From the human T2T-CHM13v2.0 reference genome, Homo sapiens, in the NCBI RefSeq assembly GCF_009914755.1, contig NC_060932.1: 64,000 bases of DNA. One strand, 5' to 3'. A program made the translations under genes and the position numbers. Below the pieces are notes generated by a model, which saw nothing but the letters and a program-made list of their open reading frames with translations, was not told where the DNA came from and did no database searches. Shown here piece by piece: positions 45,167 to 59,766 of this stretch; positions within the stretch are counted from its first letter, which is position 1; every line of letters begins with the position of its first letter.

Positions 45167-46829
45167 GTATCTCCTGAAAAATTTCTTTTTAAAAAATTGA
45201 AATCCCTTACTGCCGAGCTAATATAGCTATAGTATGTTATTTATAATTAATATTATATATAAATTAGGGCATACTAATACAGTTTATTTATTTGTAATTT
45301 TTTTGTTGCTGTTGTGCTTTTTTCCCCCACTGAATGACTAAGATATCTGGGAAGAAAATCTTGGTCTATGCTAGGTGGAAAAGTTTCTGCCAAGGCCTAT
45401 TACATAAAAATATATTTTCTATGAACTATTTCACTTATAATTTCAACAGAATTATTCACGTTGAGATTTATAACAATTGCCTTAGGAGTAAGAGTAGGCC
45501 TAATTTTAATTAGTATTATAAAGATTTATTAAATTTCTATTTTATAATTAGCAAATGCCTTTGCTTTCTGATGAAAATAACCAATTGAACATTTCTGCAA
45601 ACATTAAAAATTTTACAGTTGATGGAAACAGAAATTGATCAGTTGATTTTTTAGGAAATGTTCTTCAATTATTTTATAGATAACTGAAAAATAATTCAGA
45701 AAATAAAAAATAAGAGGTAGTATTTGTATTTCCACTACAATTTAGCACTTGTTATCTATTGAGACATTAACCACATAATCTTATTTTTCTTGTGTATGAA
45801 ATATATGTGTATATATATATATATTATATATATATAGCAATACCCATATTACAGGGTTGTTTTGACAAGTAGAAACAATATTAGTAAAGGTATGAAAAAC
45901 TCATATAAATATCAAGAAATTTCATAGAACCAACCCATATGATGGTACTTTTACTTTTACTACTAATTCTTGAGAAAATAAATACTCAAAGACCTCTTAC
46001 CCTCTGCAAAATTTATTGGTTTCTATAGGGGTCTACTACTGTGAACCACTGGGATCCAATTTTTACTTAGTAATTTTTTTTTCACAAATGTATGGATAGA
46101 AATTGCTCAGTGGAGCTAATTCTGTTCTTGATTATGAGGAATAAAATGTCTCAATATTTGCTTATATTTAGACACTCACTTTATGTCCCTTTAAATATCC
46201 TAGATAAACTTTTTAATTTGAAAATGGAATTAGATTAATGAGGTCTACCAGATGTCTTTTTAATTAGTAACAATAAACCTTTTCTTATTTTGTGGTGATA
46301 CGTTACACTGAATTACTAATGTGAATTTTGCCAATATGGAATTTAGTACTTCAGAAAAACAACCAGAAAATTATTTTTCAAAGTTTAGTTGAGACCATAT
46401 AATCTCCCTTCATCTCAATACCCTTATATGCACAATACTTATAAAAATAAGACTGAGCATTTAATCTGTCCATAATATAAAATAAGGCAAATGATATGGT
46501 GTTATATTTACTGCTGCCAAGGTAGATGGACTTCAACTGCTGAAAGTTTTAAATATTCTTTATTTTGCCACTACAGAAAAGTGGGTTGGTTGGTTTGGTG
46601 TTTTCTAATTTTAATTTTAGATTTTCTGATCCAAATAAACTATGTTGAATTGGGCTCAATTCAAAGTCTAGATTTGTAAAAACTAGATGAAGTCAGATGG
46701 ACATATACTTTCATACTCACAACTTATAGGTTCTGTTTTACTTTTTTAAACAATGGGATTGGAGTCAGAAAATATTTACAAGTCAAGGTACTATGAGTAT
46801 TGCTGCATGATACTGGCTTTAAAATAATT

Positions 46830-48150
46830 AGCTATGCCCACAAGATGGAATATGAATACAAGAAGGAAAAGAGAGGCTTGAATGAGAGACAACATAATGA
46901 ATGTTTTGCAGGAGGCTAAGTAGAAGATCATAAAAATCTGAATGAGGAGAAGCTTGCAGAGATGATAAAATGTGGTAGAATTTGCAACTTTTTGGAAGAT
47001 AAAATGGCCAGGAGTTGAATATGTGAGATGAAAGTAACGTGTGAAGGAAGAAGTAAGAAATACATTCCATTACTCTAAGTGGATAAGTTCTACAATAGAG
47101 CTATCAAGGGGACAAAAAATACAAAAGGAGTAGATCTGAAGAAAAACGATGAGTTCTGTTCGGAGTATAAGGACTTAGAGAAAACTCTGTGGTATACAGA
47201 CATGTATACCACATGATAATAACCATGAAAAAAGTTATAAAACAAACATAGCAGCAATTATTTGAAGAGAAAAATTAATGTGTATGACACAGTTTGGGTG
47301 TTTGTCCCCTCCAATCTCATGTTGAAATGTGATCCTCATTATTGGAGGTGGGACCTCGAAGGAGGTGCTTAGGTCATGGAGGTGGATCCCTCATGAATGA
47401 CTGGGTGTCATCCTTGTGGTAATGAGTGAGTTCATATGAAAGCTAGTTGTTTAAAAGAGCTGGCACCTTTCTTGCTCCCTCTGTTGCCTTGCAAGTCATC
47501 TGCTCACTATTTGCCTTCTGCCATGAGTAAACAATTCCTGAGGCCTCACCAGAAACTAGGCAGATGATGATGTCATGCTTGTATAGCCTGCAGAATCATG
47601 AGCCAAATAAATCTGTTTTCTTTGTAAATTAACAGCCTTAGGTATTATTTTATAGCAATGCAAAAATGACAAGTACAAAGTATTGTTTATTAGTAATGGA
47701 GTGAGAAACTGTTGTTGACAGGAGAGTCTGATGAGAATAAATCTACCACAGCTCTTTCCATGGTTATTATGGATTTGATTATTATCATAGCAACTATAAA
47801 GAACTTAAACTAAACTACACCTCAAGCAAGTGTTCTCAGCTTGCCTGTTCAAATTCAACATATCTCAAACTAAATTTCTGATTCCATCCCAAAGCTTTTA
47901 GAAGCCAGGAAAATGAGGCTATTCCACATGCCTAGACAAGACTGATGGTGGCTCAGAATAAGGTGGTAATTGTGAGGGTGGTGAGAAGAAGATTGATTAT
48001 AGATAAACTCAATGTGGAGTCAACTTGATTTCCTAATGGACTAGATCTTAGGTGAGAAAGAAAAATGGGAGTAAAATACGGTTCCAAAATTTTGGCCTGA
48101 GCAACAAGAAAGAAGGAGCTGCCTACCATCAACTGAAATGAGGATGTTAA
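46830..48150 (-). mobile_element. L2 fragments (interrupted)
   Basis: Purine-rich, e.g. TTTTGGCCTGAGCAAC...AACTGAAATGAGGA. Confidence 0.5.
47285..47677 (+). mobile_element. MSTB-like solo LTR
   Basis: GTTTGTCCCCTCCAATCTCATGTTGAAATGTGATCC...GCCTGCAGAATCATGAGCCAAATAAA. Confidence 0.85.
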
Positions 48151-48239
48151 ACATGCAGAAAAAGAGTAGATCTTTTATAAAAGATTTTATTTTATATTTT
48201 ATTATAAAATAATAAAGTAATGCTTCTATGCTTCTGTGA

Positions 48240-49075
48240 TTGAAGTTAGATCATCTCACTGATATACTCAAAACCCTCCCCAAAATTATCACTGAAACCA
48301 GGGCCAAAGTCCTTACAATAGCCCACAAAGCCCTATCTCTGTGACCTGTCTCAACCCCTTCCCTCATTTCATCTACTCTCTGCCTTAGTCATACTTGGAT
48401 CCTTGCTTTCATTTTTCAGTCAAGACATATGTCTTAGTCCCTTCCTAATACTACAACAAAATATTTTAGACTGGACAATTTCTAAATAATATAAATTTAT
48501 TTCTGTTATATCTATGGTTCTGGATGCTTGGAAGTTCAAGATCAAAATCTGATCTTGTCACCAGTCGGTGAAGGCTGGCTCTCTGATTCATAGCTGGCAC
48601 CTCATTGCAGCACCCTCACATGGAGGAAGAGCTGAAGGGCAAAAAGGATCTAACAGACTTCCTCAAGCACTTTTAAAAGGACACTGATTACCTCCTAAAG
48701 GACCTATCCCTTAAAACTGTTATATTGGAGATTAAGTTTCAACATGAAATTTGGAATGACACTAACATTCAAAGCATAGCACTATGCTTGCACCATAGGA
48801 AATTTGTACGGCCTTTTTTTACCTAGAACACTTTTTCTTCAAATATCAACATGGTTAACTCTCTCACCTCCTTACCCTTTGCTCCCATGTCACCTTTGCA
48901 ATACAGCCTACTTTGACCACCACTTAGTACTGAAAATTGACATTACCCCAGTCTCTGCTGTCAACTTTATTTTCTCCACATCACGATCCATTTTATTTAT
49001 GTTGCTTATAATTTTTTGTCGGTCATTCTCACCATAAAATAAGTAGGTTCTCAATAGTTATTTGTTAATTAATGC
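48240..49075 (+). mobile_element. L2 3' part interrupted by an LTR
   Basis: TTAGATCATCTCACT...CCAAAGTCCTTACAATAGCCCACAAAGCCCT...TAGGTTCTCAATA. Confidence 0.6.
48430..48781 (-). mobile_element. MLT1A/MSTD-like solo LTR
   Basis: TGTCTTAGTCC...GATTAAGTTTCAACATGAAATTTGG...AACATTCAAAGCATAGCA. Confidence 0.8.
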
Positions 49076-49877
49076 ATACTGCTGGCTTCTCCAATAATTA
49101 TTTTTGATGACTAATTATAATTTTTATATTTTGTCTTATTAATATAATTAACAATATGAAAATGAGTAAGTGTACTATTATAAAGTTATTAACGAAGTAG
49201 GAAAATGCTTTAATAACTATAATAATTAACAAAAATGATACAACTATTATACAGTTATTAAAGCATTTTTCTACTTGTTATTTCAATTTTATTCCATCTG
49301 TATAATTTATTCTTATTGCCACATAGTGGACAAAAACTTGTCATTCCTTAAGGCTTTAACGCTGAAATTATTATCTCTTAAACTTTGTCTTCTGTGGAAG
49401 TATTTCTTATGTATCACAAAATATTTCCCTGGTTCTCTCCTCTTCTTGGTACATTTTAAAATTTTTCTTCCCTTTCCTGTTCACCAAATGACTTGTTTTG
49501 GTCAAGGAAGTGTGAGGATAGTGTTGTGTGTCACTGAGTGGAAACATTATAAGCCATTGCTTGACTTGCCATATTATCTTATTTTGTTTGCCACAATAGC
49601 AAGGCATATTCAACAGTGGCTGCTCCATCAGCCTGGGTACCAAGAAAAAACAATGTGAAAGAGAATCCTAACCAACTAATAATCGATATACAACTTGAGT
49701 GGAAGAAAATATTAATGTTTTAACCACTAAGATTTTATAGTTAATTATTCTTTAACATAAGTTAGATCATAATGGTTAATATTTGCTTTCATCTTGCCGA
49801 TTACTTTATCTCCATATAATTTTCTCTTCAAATTTTTGACTATATATCTTTCTCTACTGAACCTAAAACTTGCATTC

Positions 49878-50185
49878 ATTTTTTTTTTTTTTTTTTTTTT
49901 TTTGAGACGGAGTCTCGCTCTGTCGCCCAGGCTGGAGTGCAGTGGCGCGATCTCGGCTCACTGCAGGCTCCGCCCAGGGTTCACGCCATTCTCCTGCCTC
50001 AGCCTCCTGAGTAGCTGGGACTACAGGCGCCCGTCACCTCGCCCGGCTAATTTTTTGTATTTTTTTTAGTAGAGACGGGGTTTTACCATGTTAGCCAGGA
50101 TGGTCTCGATCTCCTGACCTCGTGATCCACCCGCCTCAGCCTCCCAAAGTGCTGGAATTACAGGCGTGAGCCACTGCGCCCGGCC
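49878..50185 (-). mobile_element. AluY
   Basis: CpG-rich; TTCACGCCATTCTCC and GTCTCGATCTCCTGACCTCGTGATCC. Confidence 0.95.
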
Positions 50186-50339
50186 TCAATATTTTAAACT
50201 GTATTTTTTAATTGATAAATTATTTATTTCCCCATTTGTGGTTTTATTTATTTATGTAACACTTACTAACTTGTGGATAAAACAGGCAAAGCATTTCATG
50301 TGGGGTACAAATAAAATCCGAACATGTTAACTCTTTTAA

Positions 50340-51072
50340 ATATTATAAAGAGTAAGTGTAGAACATAAAAGAACTACAAAACAGTGATTTGACTTTTTCA
50401 AGGAGATCAGAGAAAATTTTCTGGTGGAATTAAAGACGGATTTGAGAAATGAATAAAGGATAAGTATTAACAAAATAAGAGGGAAATAAAAGCATTAGAA
50501 GAGGGATATTTGTGAGTATGAGAAACCCAAAGACCAGAATTAACAGGACAAGAAAACAGATAAGCTTGATACAAAATGAGGTTAGAGATGTAAGGAACAT
50601 ACAGCACATAGGACCTTCTTATAGTGCTGGTGAGTATTATAGTCCCTGATGAGTACTGGTTTAATTTTAAAAGAAAGAAAATCTCTTGAAAGATTATTAA
50701 TTGGGAAGAAACACAGTTAAATATGTAATTGGAAAGTATCGCTGTGGCTGCATCAAGGAAAAGAGATAATTCAGCAAGAGTGAAGGCAAGTAGTCTGGTA
50801 AGGGCCTATGGTATTAATCCAAGTGAAAGATGAAGGTGGCTTAGTCTAGACTTACGTTACAGTCTTAATAAGAAGCAAATGGATTTTATGGGTGTCAGGG
50901 AGACAGAATTCACTTAGACTTAGTGAGAGATGGTCCAATGGAGTGAAGGAGAAGGACTAGTTATGGTAATTTCCAGATTTCTAAATTGTATAAGTGAATG
51001 AATTGTGTTGCACTTCACTGAGATAAGGAAAATCAGAAAAGGTCCACATTAGGAGAGAAAGATAATGAGCTC
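50340..51072 (-). mobile_element. L2
   Basis: Degenerate purine-rich L2 motifs (TAATCCAAGTGAAAGATGAAGGTGGCTT, TTCACTGAGATAAGGAA). Confidence 0.6.
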
Positions 51073-53408
51073 TCAGGAATCTCACACACTTCTGAATTCT
51101 TGCAATTCTTTTTCAATTCCTTTTTTTTTCAATTAGTGTATACAATCTTTATGGCCAGGGCTAGATGACTTATTTATTTATCCTAACATATACAGTGTAT
51201 CAATAGATTCCTTGGTGTTTTGCTGTAATATGAAAGGAAGAGACACATGCACCAAGAATAAGTACTGCACAATTTCTAAATAAAGTAAGTACTAAAAGGA
51301 ATTATACAATGATACTTTACCAGGATGAGATCACTACGCTAGTGTTTAGCATTGGGTAAAGGTAAGAGAATGTCATAATTGAAAGAAAAACTAAACTTTT
51401 CACTGTCTTTCCTGCCTGCTCTTTTCTGCTAAACTGAGTAGTTGCCATTCATATAAATTGTTCATATTTACTATAACAATATATAGATGTATTTCCTCTG
51501 AATTTTCATGAGAGGAAAGTAATTACTTTTTAGGTAACCTAAGAACAATATTGTTCCCTGGCTCTGGGGATAAAGGATGAAATTCAACCAATAGTTGTTT
51601 TTGTTGTTGTTTTTTATTTGTTTAGGGGGCTTCAAAAAATCACTATTCATCATGTAATGTCTGCCTTACAACACTTATTTGGTTGATTTTTTTTCTCCTA
51701 ACTATTTGATGAAATACCATGCATTTTATTGAAACATATGGTGATAGAGTACTCGAGTCTAAACATGGGCATCTGACAGATCTTGTTCCTTGCTGAGAAA
51801 CAATTATTTCAATATAGCTTGACAACATGGCTTTTTCGCAGACATTCTGTGCTTCATTTTTCCCCTGAAGTAAGCATGCTGTTAAGAAAATTTATTCACA
51901 CAGGATCCTTTATTCAACCTACAGCCATAACAATAAACTTTCTTTCTCCTAAATCCCTCTCAGATTTCCCTCTAGTGACAATAACGATACACTGCATCTA
52001 CCAATTCAATATTGTTTAAAATTTTAATGCTTGAACTCATTGTTTTTTTGTAATCATTACATCTTAATAGTTGAATGCACCTAGAGCTTCTATTTTAGCT
52101 TGCTACATAGACATCTTTCAATAATAATATTAGCTATTAATCTTATCTGTTTTATGTGCCAATATTTGTGTTTGTAGAATGATTTTGATCAATTGTTTTG
52201 TCGGCTTTCTTTGAGCTTTAAATCCAATGACATTCTATGTTTGTCATCAAAATATGTTTAATAAAATTTCATTCTATTCTCTCTATTCAATCAGGAAAAC
52301 TGTATTTCAAACCTTGATTCAGATTTATTTTTCTAATAGATTGAAATGTGTTTATCAAAATATTTCACATGCTATAAATGAAATATAAAAATTAAAGTTC
52401 TCATTATTCTGTCAGATACTTCCACATGAAACTTTGGGTCTCTGATAGGTTATCGTGATTCATTTTGTTTGCTTGCATTATGCCTTAATTAATGGATTCT
52501 TTTTCTCAATCTATAATGCTTTACTCACTTTAAATATGTTTCCCTGTATGTCTAAATTTATTCCCAAACCTCAATTTAACACTTACGTGCCAATATTTGA
52601 TTATATGACGTCTAATCCATAGGAGACCCTGATGGACAAATCGTTATTGCCAACTTCTATACCTAGAAGAGGCAGATATATTACTTTAGGAATGCTATTT
52701 CAAGTCATGTTGGGACACGATACTAATAAATGGATATTAGGGTTATGGTACTACTCAGTTTTCCGAAGTAATGAATGGATTGAAACACAGCTTTTCCTAT
52801 CTAGGCTGGGCTTAGATAGGCAGGTCTGTTTAAGTCAAAGTAGCTGTTGTACCTTTATTTCTCGCTGCATATTTCTGCATTTAGTATGGCCAAATAATTT
52901 TCTACAGGACCCAAGCACCTTCTGAGGATAGCAACTATAAGGTATGGGAGAAAATAAGATATGAAGACACTGAGGGGTGAACAAAAATAATCAGATTCTG
53001 GAGGGAAGTTACATCTTGGATAAAGGCAGAAGGAATATGGTTAGTTTCTTAATTTTCAGCTTTTAGTGATACCAAAAAACTAAAATTTTTATAGAAAACA
53101 CTAAATCATTCTGGAATGAAGAATTATAGAACAGAGATTAAGGCAACCCCTGCTATTGGAAAATTAGATGGCATTTTGCAAAGCGGAGAAAACAAAGAGA
53201 GAGCCACAAATTCTGCATCTGAATGAAGAATGTGTGGGTAGACATAAAGTGTGTCAAGTATGAACTAAAGTGCCAAACAGAGACCAGGCTGCCACTCCAA
53301 AGATAGAAAATACAGTGAGAGTTCAACCACGTTATTTTTCTGCTAACACAAAATACAACACACTTTGGGAGACTATAATTAGAGTCTTTACACTTTAACA
53401 TTTTATAT

Positions 53409-54268
53409 CAGTAGTACCCCTTTTTTTTCTTTTTTCTTCCCTGGCCACAATGGAAGAATTGTCTTGGGCCACACATGAAATACACTAACACTGACAATAG
53501 CTGATGAGCTAAGAAAAATAATTGCAAAAGAAAATCTCATAATACATTGGGAGTTTTTGTGGTTTTTTAACTTTTAATTTCCAGGGTACATAGGCAGATT
53601 TGTGACATAGGTAAACATGTGTCATAGAGGTTTGTTTTGCAGATTATTTCATCACCCAGGTATTAAACCTAATACCCAATAGTTATTTTTCCTGATCCTC
53701 TCCCATCTCTCCGCTCCTCCCTCCAATAGACCCCAGTGTGTGTTGTCCCCTTCTATGTGTCCATACATTCTCATCATTTAGCTCCCATTTATAAGTGAGA
53801 ACATGTAGTATTTGGTTTCCTGAATTAGTTTTTTAAGGATAATGGCCTCCAACTCCATCCATGTCCCTGCAAAGGACATAATCATGTTATTTTTTATGGC
53901 TGCATAGTATTCCATAATGTATATGTACCACATTTTCTTTATCCAGTCTATCATCAATGGGCATTTAGGTCGATTTCATGTCTTTGTTTTTGCGAGTAGT
54001 GCTGCAATGAATATATACACACATTTGTCTTTATAGCAGAACAATTTATATCCTTTTGGTTATATATGCAGTAATGGAATTTTGGGACTGAATAATATTT
54101 CTGTCTTGAGGTCTTTGAGGAATCACCACACTGACTTACACAATGGTTGAACTAATTTATACTCCCACCAACATAATGTTTTAAGAAAGTTTATAAATGT
54201 GTTTTGGGCCACATTCAAAGCTGTCCTGGGCTGAATGCAGCACATCGGCCATGGGGTGGCCACGCTTG
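53409..54268 (+). mobile_element. MER30 (hAT) split by an L1PA insertion
   Basis: GAAGAATTGTCTTGGGCCACAC...ATAGCTGATGAGCTAA...CTCATAAT, resuming CATAATGTTTTAAGAAAG at 54172. Confidence 0.85.
53545..54171 (-). mobile_element. L1PA11-13-like 3' end
   Basis: Antisense 3'UTR and ORF2 end; CATAAT duplicated at the borders. Confidence 0.88.
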
Positions 54269-54489
54269 TTTTAGAGTATATAGGATAAAGTCCAAAATTA
54301 CTTGACATAGACAAAACCAGGAAAACTTTGCTCTGATTCCAACTGCAAAAAGACCCCAGTGTTGGAACTGGCAGCCAAAAACTTTAATGCAACTACAGCT
54401 ATGTGCCAAATAACATTTCCATCAAGGACTTACTGCACATACGATACTGCATATAATCTTACGACTGCATTATAACTCTGATCAGTAAG

Positions 54490-56280
54490 GTATAGAAAAA
54501 GATGTTCACAATAAGTGAAAAGATAGGAAATCTCAACAAAAGAATAGAAACTAGAACAAGACAATTATAAAACCTTTATAATTGAAAATTACAATTCCTG
54601 GAATTTAAAGTTTATTAGTTAGATTTAAGAGGCAAAAAAATATAATAGTTTTTAAAAGTCAGTGAATGTAAAAATATAAATAGAAATTATCCAGTATGAA
54701 GGGAGATTCATAAAAGTACTAAAGTAAAAAATAAATATAGACTCAGGGTCCTAAGTGACAGTAACAAAACAACTAAAGTTATTGGATTTGGAGTCCCAGA
54801 AAAGATCAGTTGTTTGAAGATAGAATGTTCAAAAGCTTCCAATAATTGGCAAAAGCAATAAATTTACATATTTGAGAGGTTTTGTAAACCTAAAACATTA
54901 TAAATAAGAAAATAATCACATCATGAATGATAATGCTCAAGAAGTAAAACCACAGACAAAGCGAAAATCTTGGAAATAGCCAGAGAAAAAATGACATGTT
55001 ATATACGATGATTTAAAGGAGAACTAACTTATCTTCGAAGTGATATTTCCAGAAAATAATAAGACAAGGTATCTAAATTTCTGGGGTCAGGAGAGACTAG
55101 TAGCTCATAACTATATCTATAAGGCAAAACTATCTTGTAAACACTAAAGCTTAATGAAGGCATTTTCAGATGGAAAATAAATACTTTATTTCTTGCACAG
55201 GAGAGCTCCAGTACAAGAAGCACTAAAAAAAATTATTCTGGCTGATGGAAAATGCTACCACCCAAAACCTTAGATCTTCAGGAAGGAATTGGTAAATATC
55301 CTTGCATAACTAGAAACTATTTTTACTGGAATCCTATAAATTGTAGTAAGGCAAGAAAGGAAAATAAAAGCTACAAAGATTCGAATGATGGAACAAAAAT
55401 TCACTCTTATTGTTTATATAGTATATCCTAAGTAATATGCAGAGCAACCAGTTGAACTAAGTGATTTTACTATGTTATTAAGATATATTATTATTATATA
55501 AACATGCATCATATTAATACCACAGGAAATAATTGGAAATTGACATTTTAAAAATTATGCTTACAGTAGTAAAAACATTCATAAAATACCTTGTTGTAAT
55601 TAAACAAAATCTATGTAATTCTGGTACACTGAACATAAAATAAATTAATTGAGATATACACCCTATTTATGGATCAAAAGATTAAATATTAAGATGACAA
55701 ATCTTCCCAGTTTTTTTAATGTATATGTTTAATCTCAAAAAAAATCCACAAGAAATGTTGTAGACATTGACAAGTTGCTTCCAAAATTTCTCTGGAAATA
55801 TCAAAAACCTAGAATTTCCAAAGCGTTCTTGGACAAGTGAAAAGTTGAAGAATGGATACTACTTGATCTTAAGATTTACTAATTGCTACAGTAGTCAAGA
55901 AAATATTTCACTTGCATAAGGATAGAAAAGTAAATCAAGGAAACAAACTAGAAACTGATCTTCACTTATATTATTTTAAGAAAATCACCAAGAAATTCAT
56001 TTTACAAAACAAAGTTATTTCAATCAATACTTGATTATGTGCTATGGAAAAAATGAACATTAACCATTACATTATACCATAAAAAAATATGAAATGGATC
56101 AGAAACTTTAATGAAAAAGGTTTTAAAAGATAGAAAAAAATAAGTAGGGATTTGGGAGCTGACAAAAGTTCCTGAACAGGTTTTAAAAAGACAGAAGCAT
56201 AAAATTTAAAAAATACACTCCATCAAAACAAAGAGCTTTGGTAAACACATCTCACAAATTGCCGGTACTAAGGATACATG
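54490..56280 (+). mobile_element. Degenerate old L1M (ORF1 and ORF2 remnants)
   Basis: A-rich; GGAGTCCCAGAA, AAAATCTTGGAAATAGCCAGAGAAAAA, GCTACAGTAGTCAAGA. Confidence 0.7.
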
Positions 56281-56510
56281 TTTTTTAAAATTTCCTAAAA
56301 CAACCTCCTATCTGCTTTCTCCCTTTATCTCCCTTGGCCTCTCAGAACATGTTCTTTATTCAGACTTTTTCACCTTAGGTAATCATAACTTTATTTGCCC
56401 ATTTGTTCTAACCAAAACTTCTGGGGTCATTTATCACTTCTTTTCTGCATCCAATGTGAAATCCATCAGTAACTACATTTGCAGCTGCCTTTCAATAAAT
56501 TGAGAATATT

Positions 56511-56828
56511 GCCAGGTTCAGTAACTCATCCCTGTAATCCCAGCACTTTGGGGGGCTGAGGCAAGAGAATTATTTGAGCCTAGAAGTTTGGAGACCAGCC
56601 TGGAAAACAAACTGAGATCCTGTTTCTCCAAAAAGCATTAAAATAAATTAGCCAGCCATGGTGTCATGTACCTGTCATCTCAGCTACTTGGGAGACTGAG
56701 GTGAGAGGATGGCTTGAGCCCAGGAGGTAAGGCTGCAGTGAGACATGATTGTGACACTGCACTCCAGCCTGGGTGACAGAGCAAGACCCTTTTTAAAAAA
56801 ATAAATAAATAAATAAATAATAAAAAAA
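56511..56828 (+). mobile_element. AluJ with (TAAA)n tail, inside L2
   Basis: Diverged Alu dimer. Confidence 0.92.
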
Positions 56829-57451
56829 ATTGCAGAGTACGACAACTTCACTAATCTACCATAATCGAAGCCGCCCTTTCCCTTAAACTGTTTATTCTAG
56901 GCTGGCAGAGTTAGATATGAATCCATGGAATGATCATACCATTCTTTGTTTAAAAATATCTGATGGATATTCATCACACTGAGAATGTAAGCTCTTCAAC
57001 AAGACCATGTGGCCCTATGTGATTCACTTCTGGGAGAAGAGACTCCTAGTTAGAGAGTATGGAATATGAAGAGGCTGTTAGGCAAGAAGATGCTGGATAT
57101 TTCTGAAGGATAGTGAAGAATTGTGTTATTGCAAAAAAGTAAATAAGAGAAAATAATAAAAGATAAGGTTGCCAGGTAAAAATGTATTCTCTTAATGGCA
57201 CTATGAATAAATAGAAATTTTTAATTTTAATAAAGATATTTTACAAATATTTTGATTATAGTTAGCGTGCTCTTTGTTCTGTTAAAAAAATCTTTGCTCT
57301 GTAAAAATCATAAAGTTCCGCTGTGTTTTTCCTAAAGCATTTACATTTATATTTCATTCTGTAATATGTCCGAAATTACTTTTTGTATTATTTAGGACAT
57401 AAAATAGGGAAAAATTAGTTTCTTTTTCTGTATAAGAAAACATCTTATTGA

Positions 57452-59723
57452 TGTATATAAGAGCTACTGATTTGTGTACATTAATTTTGTATCCTGAAAC
57501 TTTGCTGAATTCATTTATCAGTTCTAGGAGCTTTTTGGAGGAGTCTTTAGTGTTTTCTAGGTATACGATCATATCATCAGGAAACAGCAACAGTTTGACT
57601 TCCTCTTTACCAATTTGGATGCACTTTATTTCTTTCTCTTGTCTAATTGCTGGAGCTAGGACTTCCAGTACTATGTTGAATAGAAGTGGTAAGAGTGGGC
57701 ATCCTTGTCTTGCTCCAGTTCTCAGAGGGAATGCTTTCAATTTTTCCCTGTTCAGTATTATGTTGGCATGGGTTTGTCATAGATGGCTTTGATTACATTG
57801 AGGTATGTCCCTTGTATGCCGATTTTGCTGAGGATTTTAATAATAGAGAAATGCTGGATTTTGTCAAATGCTTTTTCTACATCTATTGAGATGATCATGT
57901 GATTTTTGTTTTTAATTCTATCTATGTGGTGTGTCACATTTATTGACTTACATATGTTAAACCATCCCTCCATCCCTGAGTATGAAATCCACTTGATCAT
58001 GGTGGATTATCTTTTTGATATGCTGTTGAATTCTGATAGCTAATATTTTGTTAAGGATTTTTTCATCTATTTTCATCAGGGATATTAGTCTGTAGTTTTC
58101 TTTCTTTGTTATGTCCTTTTCTGGTTTTGATATTAGGTTGATACTGGCTTCATAGAATGATTTAGGTAGGATTCCCTCTTTCTCTATCTTGTGAAATAGT
58201 GTCAATAGGATTGGTTCCAATTCTTTGAATATCTGAGAGAATTCATCTGTGAATTCATCTAGTCCTGGACTTTTTTTTTCATTAGTCATTTTTTTATTAC
58301 CATTTCAATCTCGCTGCTTATTATTGGTCTGGGAATACACCTAACAAAGGAGATAAAAGTCCTCTACATAGAAATCTACAAAACACAGCTGAAAGAAATC
58401 ACAGAAACAAAAACAAATGAAAATATCCCGTGCTCATGAATAAGCAGAATCAATATCGTGAAAATGACCATATTTCTGAAAGCAGTCTACAAATTCAATG
58501 AAATTTCCATCAAAATACCACCATCATTCTTCACAGAACTAGAAAAAAAAATCCTAAAATGGATATGGAACAAAATCAAAACAAACAAACAAAAGAGATG
58601 GCATAGCCAAGCAGGACAGAGCAAAAAGAAGAAATCTGGAGGCATTGCTTTACCTGACTTCAAAGTATACTATAAGGCCATAGTCACCAAAACAGCATGG
58701 TACTAGTATACAAATAGGCACATAGACTAATGGAACAGAACAGGGAACTCAGAAATAAACCCAAATACTTACAACCAACTGATCTTTGACAAAGTAAACA
58801 AAAGCAAAGTGGGGAAAGGACACCTTATTCAACAAATGGTGCTGGGATAATTGGCTAGTCACATGTAGGAGATTGAAATTAGATCCTCATTGCTCACCTT
58901 ATAGAAAAATCAACTCAAGATGGATCAAGGACTTTAATCTGAGACCTGAAACTATAAAAATTCTAGAAGATAACATCAGAAAAACCCTTCTATACATTGG
59001 CTTAGGCAAAGGCTTCATAACCAAGAACCTAAAAGCAAATGCAACAGAAACAAAGATTAATATGTGGGACTTAATTAAACTAAAGGGCTTCTGAACAGAA
59101 AAAGGAACAGTCAGCAGAATAAACAGACAACCCACAGAATGCAAAAAATCTTCACAATCTATACATCTGACAAAGGACTAATATCCAGAATCCACAAGGA
59201 ACTCAAATCAGCAAGAAAAAAAACAAACAATTCCACCAAAAAGTGTGCTAAGGACATGAATAGACAATTTTCTAAAGAAGATATACAAATGGCCAACAAA
59301 CATATGAAAAAATGCTCAACATCACTAATGATCAGGGCAATGCAAATCAAAACCACAATGCAATATCATCTTACTCCTGAAAGAATGGTCATAATAAAAA
59401 AGTCAACAAATAATAGATGTTGGCGTGGATGCGGGGAAAAGGGAACATTTCTACACTGCTGTTGGGAATGTAAGCTAGTACAACCACTATGGAAAACTGG
59501 AGATTTCTTAAAGAACTAAGAGTAGAATTACCATACGATCCTTCAATCCCACTACTGGGTATCTACCCAGAGGAAAAGAAGTCATTATACAAAAAAGACA
59601 CTTGCACATGCATGTTTATAGCAACACAATTCACAACTGCAAAAATATGGAACCAGCCCAAATGCCCATCAATCAACAAGTGGATAAAGAAATTGTGATA
59701 GATAGATAAACAGATCGATAGAT

Positions 59724-59766
<43 letters not shown>

